From contig BPTK01000005.1 of the NCBI GenBank assembly GCA_023705905.1, positions 1-49,815 on the forward strand: a DNA stretch of 49,815 bases, in the 5' to 3' direction. A program made the position numbers and the translations under genes. Each line of letters begins with the position of its first letter. Positions within the stretch are counted from its first letter, which is position 1. The stretch comes from Candidatus Heimdallarchaeota archaeon. Its GTDB lineage: Archaea > Asgardarchaeota > Heimdallarchaeia > Heimdallarchaeales > Heimdallarchaeaceae. Under the pieces are notes generated by a model. That model ran no database searches. It had not been told where the DNA came from and worked only from the letters and a program-made list of their open reading frames with translations. This document shows positions 46,108 to 49,815 of the stretch, one piece after another.

Positions 46108-46677
46108 TTATCTCATCATCTGGGTATCAAGTTCATTTACTAACCAGATGAAAGCTTCTTTGATACCTTTACCATGTAAAATACTGGTGTCAAAAACAGC
46201 AAAAGTTCTATCTTTGAGATCAAGATGCAATCCTAGCATTTGAATGAGGAGAGGAGCTTCAACAGCACCAGGAAGATCTTGTTTATTTGCCATAATTAAA
46301 GTAGGAACATTTTCCATGTAAGGATTATTGAAAACATGAGTTTTAAGAACATCTCGAGCTTCTGGAAGACGCTCAATGTCAGCAGCATCAATAACAAAAA
46401 TAACGGCGGAACAGCCCGGATAATGAGCTTCCCACAGGAATCTGAAGTGTGATTGTCCTGCTACATCGATTGCTGTTATTGTCCAACCTTCAAATTCAAA
46501 GGATTCTATATTTTGTCCTATTGTTGGTGTAAGATTTTCAGCGAATTTCCCAAATCTCATAAAACGTGTCAAAGTAGTTTTTCCTGCCGCATCTAACCCC
46601 AGAATCAGGATTTTTGCCTTTTGTTCCTTCTTCAGTTTTGTTCTTAACCAAGAGGAAAATGACCCGAACATACTCAT
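46108..46677 (-). CDS. Arf/Arl-like small GTPase (Asgard-type)
   Basis: N-terminal amphipathic segment (FGSFSSWLRTKLKK), G1 GLDAAGKTT (identical to eukaryotic Arf), G3 DVAGQ, G4 NKQD, and a C-terminal G.G..EAF.WL. Confidence 0.85.
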   Translation of the reverse strand: MSMFGSFSSWLRTKLKKEQKAKILILGLDAAGKTTLTRFMRFGKFAENLTPTIGQNIESFEFEGWTITAIDVAGQSHFRFLWEAHYPGCSAVIFVIDAADIERLPEARDVLKTHVFNNPYMENVPTLIMANKQDLPGAVEAPLLIQMLGLHLDLKDRTFAVFDTSILHGKGIKEAFIWLVNELDTQMMR

Positions 46678-47009
46678 TATCTGACAATCCGTTTTGTTAT
46701 CTTACTTTTAGTAGACGTTTTATAAGTGTTTTTTTTGTTATCGTTCTGTCTGGTTAGTTTGTTCTGTTTCATATTTTAAAGTTTTTCCAGATATGCAACG
46801 ATGTTTTAGACATTATTTTCACTTAATAGAGTGTCTACACTTACTTTCTGATTTTTTTGTCGGTATTAAAAATATTTCTTTGTCACTTTATTTTAAAATT
46901 TCTTCATTTCTTTACACATTGCTCCTCTTTTTAGCCAATAAACTAAAGATTTTTAAGATGTGTATTTGGCAAAAGAGTAGTTGTATTCAACATATTTTGG
47001 TGAGAAATT

Positions 47010-47318
47010 GTGACACATGTCTCTAGGGAAAATGAAAGTTTAGAAATAATAAACAAAAAAGTTGTTATAGGTCCTGATCGTTTAACAAGATTTGAACGAG
47101 CTAGAATCGTTGGCGCAAGAGCTCTACAGTTAAGTATGGGGGCACCCGTCTTATTACCTCTTGAAAATTTAGAGAACAAATCCCCGCTAGTTATTGCAGA
47201 GATGGAGTTACGAGCTAAGGCCTTGCCATTAAGCATTAGAAGAACACAACCAAATAGAACTTATCAGATCATAGCATTACAAAGATTAAGAGATATACAA
47301 GCTCTGAGAGAGATCTGA
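47010..47318 (+). CDS. rpoK: DNA-directed RNA polymerase subunit K (Rpo6/Rpb6 homologue)
   Basis: LTRFERARIVGARALQLSMGAPVLL ... PLVIAEMEL..K.LPLSIRR is the Rpb6/RpoK core. The start is uncertain: GTG at 47010, with no in-frame ATG upstream of the core. Confidence 0.85.
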   Translation: MTHVSRENESLEIINKKVVIGPDRLTRFERARIVGARALQLSMGAPVLLPLENLENKSPLVIAEMELRAKALPLSIRRTQPNRTYQIIALQRLRDIQALREI

Positions 47319-47391
47319 GAAAAAGTTGTTGACTGCTCATATAAGGAAACAAATAAAAGTAGCAACCAAAGCACTAAAGTGAGTGACGAAA

Positions 47392-47697
47392 ATGGTCAAA
47401 ATTCCTGATTTAATGTTCAAATACTGCCCCAAATGCGGCAAACACGTCAAGATGAAAGTGAAACAAGAGAAATCTGCCAGAAGAGCAGGTGGATTTTCTG
47501 CAATGGCTAGAAGAGAGAAAAGGACAAGACGAGGTTACGGGAATCAAGGAAGATTTAGTAAGAGACCAGTCACCCAGACCAAAATGGCTTCTAAAACATC
47601 TAAAAAGGTTGATTTAAGATTATCTTGCCCTGATTGTGGCAAAAAATGGGTACTTTCTTATCCAAGAACTAAAAGAGTAGAATTCATCAAAGAGTAG
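47392..47697 (+). CDS. rpl44e: 50S ribosomal protein L44e (eL42)
   Basis: Zinc ribbon CPKC...CPDC, and the basic stretch KRTRRGYGNQGRF. ATG at 47392; 47383 is GTG. Confidence 0.9.
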   Translation: MVKIPDLMFKYCPKCGKHVKMKVKQEKSARRAGGFSAMARREKRTRRGYGNQGRFSKRPVTQTKMASKTSKKVDLRLSCPDCGKKWVLSYPRTKRVEFIKE

Positions 47698-47787
47698 AAT
47701 TTGATCATTCTTCTCTTGCATTATTTTTCATTTTAATTTTCATTCCATACAATATATTTTATATACTTTGCAATTTTGGCTTTCATA

Positions 47788-48930
47788 ATGAGCATGCTTT
47801 ATGAATTTGAAGGAAAACTATTATTCAAAGATAGTAAAATTCCAATCCCTCGCATTAAGATTTATACGGATACCGAAAGTATAAAGCAATTTGCAGAAGA
47901 GATCGGAAGCGACACAATGATGGCAAAGGGTCAAGCTCTTGCCGGAGGTAGGGGAAAAGCAGGATTAATCAAGAAAGTAACAACAGAAACTGCTGAGGAA
48001 TACAGTAAGAGCATAATTGGTAGAGATCACAAGGGAAAACCAGTAGCAGCTGTTATGTTAGAAGAATTAGTTGAGATTACTAAGGAATATTATTTGGCTT
48101 TAATGCTAGATAATAAATCAGGTTCATATCTAATGCTTGCCAGTACTATGGGAGGTGTAGATATTGAGGAAGTGGCTGAAAATCATCCTACTGAAATACA
48201 CCGCACATTACTTCCTATCGATACTAATCCTCAAACCTATCATTTTATGGAACTAGGCAAAAAGATGGGTTTTAAAGCTAAAACACTAACACAGTTTGCA
48301 AGTATTTGTGTTAAGATGCTTAAGATGGCAATTAAACATGATTTGACTCTTGTTGAAATCAATCCACTTGTTACTACTCCAGATGATAAGCTAATTGCAG
48401 CTGATTCTAAAGTAGTAATTGATGGTAACTCATACTTTAGACAGCCTTCCATAGCAGCATTGCAATCCCAAAGAGATCAACACACAAAATTGGAATTTGA
48501 AGCTACTCAAGCTGGAATTAGTTATGTTCAACTTGATGGTGACATAGGCATTATTGCAGGTGGTGCAGGATTATCTATGGCTACTTGTGATTTGCTGGAA
48601 TTTTATGGCAGTTCTCCCGCTAACTTTCTAGATGTTGGAGGCGGTGCCAATGATGAGAAAGTCTACAAAGCTCTTGAACTTATATCAAAAATGGATATCA
48701 AAGGGATATTTGTGAACTTTTTTGCTGGTATCACTAGATGTGATGATGTTGCCAGAGGAGTGGTTAGTGCAAATAAAAAGCTAAACATCAAAGTACCTAT
48801 AGTTATTCGAATGATAGGAACAAAAGATACTGAAGGCATAAAAATCTTGGAAGAAAATGGAATACACGCTTACAATAAAATGGAGCCATCTGCTAAGAAA
48901 ATTGTTGAGCTTGTCAAAGGAGGAAATTAA
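47788..48930 (+). CDS. sucC: Succinate--CoA ligase (ADP-forming) beta subunit
   Basis: ATP-grasp N-terminus (LYEFEGKLLF), GGRGKAGL, EINPL, and a C-terminal GG.ANFLDVGGGA..E. It lies immediately upstream of sucD. ATG at 47788; 47776 is TTG. Confidence 0.85.
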   Translation: MSMLYEFEGKLLFKDSKIPIPRIKIYTDTESIKQFAEEIGSDTMMAKGQALAGGRGKAGLIKKVTTETAEEYSKSIIGRDHKGKPVAAVMLEELVEITKEYYLALMLDNKSGSYLMLASTMGGVDIEEVAENHPTEIHRTLLPIDTNPQTYHFMELGKKMGFKAKTLTQFASICVKMLKMAIKHDLTLVEINPLVTTPDDKLIAADSKVVIDGNSYFRQPSIAALQSQRDQHTKLEFEATQAGISYVQLDGDIGIIAGGAGLSMATCDLLEFYGSSPANFLDVGGGANDEKVYKALELISKMDIKGIFVNFFAGITRCDDVARGVVSANKKLNIKVPIVIRMIGTKDTEGIKILEENGIHAYNKMEPSAKKIVELVKGGN

Positions 48931-48931
48931 G

Positions 48932-49804
48932 ATGGCTGTACTATTAGATAAGTCTACTAAAGTGATTGTACAAGGAATGACTGGAAAACAAGGTAGTTTC
49001 CATGCAAAATCTATGATTGATTACGGCACACAAATTGTAGCAGGAGTAACACCAGGTAAAGGAGGTCAAGAAGTTTTTGGTGTCCCAATATACGATACAA
49101 TGAAAGAAGCAGTAGAAGCAACACAAGCAACAGCTTCTGTGGTTTTTATACCAGCTCCCTTTGTTTATTCTGCTGCACTTGAAGCAATTGATTCAGGTAT
49201 TAATCTTCTAACCATTATTACTGAAGGAGTACCCATTAGAGACACTGCAAGAATCAGAAGAAGAGTTCATGAACAAAATATTACCTTAGTCGGTCCAAAT
49301 TGTCCTGGTCTTATAACTCCTGGCGAAACAAAAATAGGAATTATTCCAGGCGCTATTTGCTCTAAAGGGAATGTTGGAATTGTAAGTAGGAGTGGGACTC
49401 TTACATATGAAATCATCCATAATCTCACACTAAGTGGTTATGGTCAATCTACATGTATTGGTCTTGGTGGAGATCCCGTTAGAGGTATAGATTTTAAGGA
49501 AAGTCTTAGATTGTTCGAACAAGATCCTGATACAAAACATATTGTTTTAGTTGGAGAGATAGGCGGAACTGGTGAACAAGAAGCGGCTCAACTTGTTAAA
49601 GAAGAAATTTCAAAACCTGTTTATGGCTTTATCGCAGGAAATGGAACATGGGTTAAACCCGGAAAACAGATGGGGCATGCTGGAGCAATTGTGCATGGTA
49701 AATCAGGAACTGCACAAGAAAAACTCCGTATTTTGAATGAAGCAGGAATCCTTACTGCCCATACACCTAGCGAAATTCCAAACAAAATTAAAGAAACTAT
49801 GTGA
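48932..49804 (+). CDS. sucD: Succinate--CoA ligase alpha subunit
   Basis: VIVQGMTGKQGSFH, GVTPGKGG, SRSGTLTYE, and GHAGAIV (phosphohistidine loop). The ATG at 48932 is preceded by AAAGGAGGA. Confidence 0.9.
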   Translation: MAVLLDKSTKVIVQGMTGKQGSFHAKSMIDYGTQIVAGVTPGKGGQEVFGVPIYDTMKEAVEATQATASVVFIPAPFVYSAALEAIDSGINLLTIITEGVPIRDTARIRRRVHEQNITLVGPNCPGLITPGETKIGIIPGAICSKGNVGIVSRSGTLTYEIIHNLTLSGYGQSTCIGLGGDPVRGIDFKESLRLFEQDPDTKHIVLVGEIGGTGEQEAAQLVKEEISKPVYGFIAGNGTWVKPGKQMGHAGAIVHGKSGTAQEKLRILNEAGILTAHTPSEIPNKIKETM

Positions 49805-49815
49805 TAATATCACAT

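Noticed and set aside
47319-47775. Expected the archaeal L44e-S27e gene pair; rpl44e is followed by sucCD instead.
   Set aside because: No S27e-like zinc-ribbon ORF is present in the 90-bp spacer. Gene-order variation of this kind is not in itself remarkable.
1-49815. Looked for CRISPR repeats, IS elements and transposases, integrases, toxin-antitoxin pairs, restriction-modification genes, rRNA, and other tRNAs.
   Set aside because: None were recognised by eye. There are no regularly spaced repeats, no DDE, tyrosine or serine recombinase motifs, and no further cloverleaf-compatible T-arm (GTTCRANNC) sequences outside 33893-33980.

Overview
An AT-rich, gene-dense archaeal chromosomal segment of about 45 protein genes and one intron-containing tRNA. 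I found no CRISPR array, transposase, integrase or rRNA. Archaeal identity is supported by GatD/GatE, RpoK (Rpo6), ribosomal protein L44e, archaeal-type NMN adenylyltransferase and phosphopantetheine adenylyltransferase, and a tRNA intron in a bulge-helix-bulge fold. Three eukaryote-like small GTPases (two Rab/Ras-like, one Arf-like) and a Naa10-like N-acetyltransferase point to an Asgard (Loki/Promethearchaeia-like) genome. The rest is mostly housekeeping and metabolism: M17 and M32 peptidases, a ZIP transporter, DegV, a nitroreductase and succinyl-CoA synthetase. There is also a loose glycan/dolichol-related neighbourhood: GH31, a PIG-L deacetylase, a flippase-like giant membrane protein and tandem polyprenol-kinase-like paralogues. 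The most unusual element is a 1908-aa Lhr-type helicase carrying a roughly 1000-aa array of winged-helix (YcaQ/AlkZ-like) modules. It is followed in the same frame, after a single TAA, by a 781-aa protein built from the same modules. Both sit in a co-directional cluster with the acetyltransferase, a MEMO-family protein and a Rab-like GTPase. Other points worth a second look:
- a TrxR-type ferredoxin-NADP reductase gene broken by one in-frame TAA
- a PUA/NSUN6-like protein lacking both catalytic cysteines
- a tRNA-His with A73 and no encoded G-1
- a clostripain-like protease with a PGF-CTERM-like tail
- a cysteine-free MutY-like glycosylase
- a 450-bp hairpin-rich convergent intergenic region

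All functional calls rest on motifs read by eye from the translated ORFs and remembered family signatures. No database search was run.
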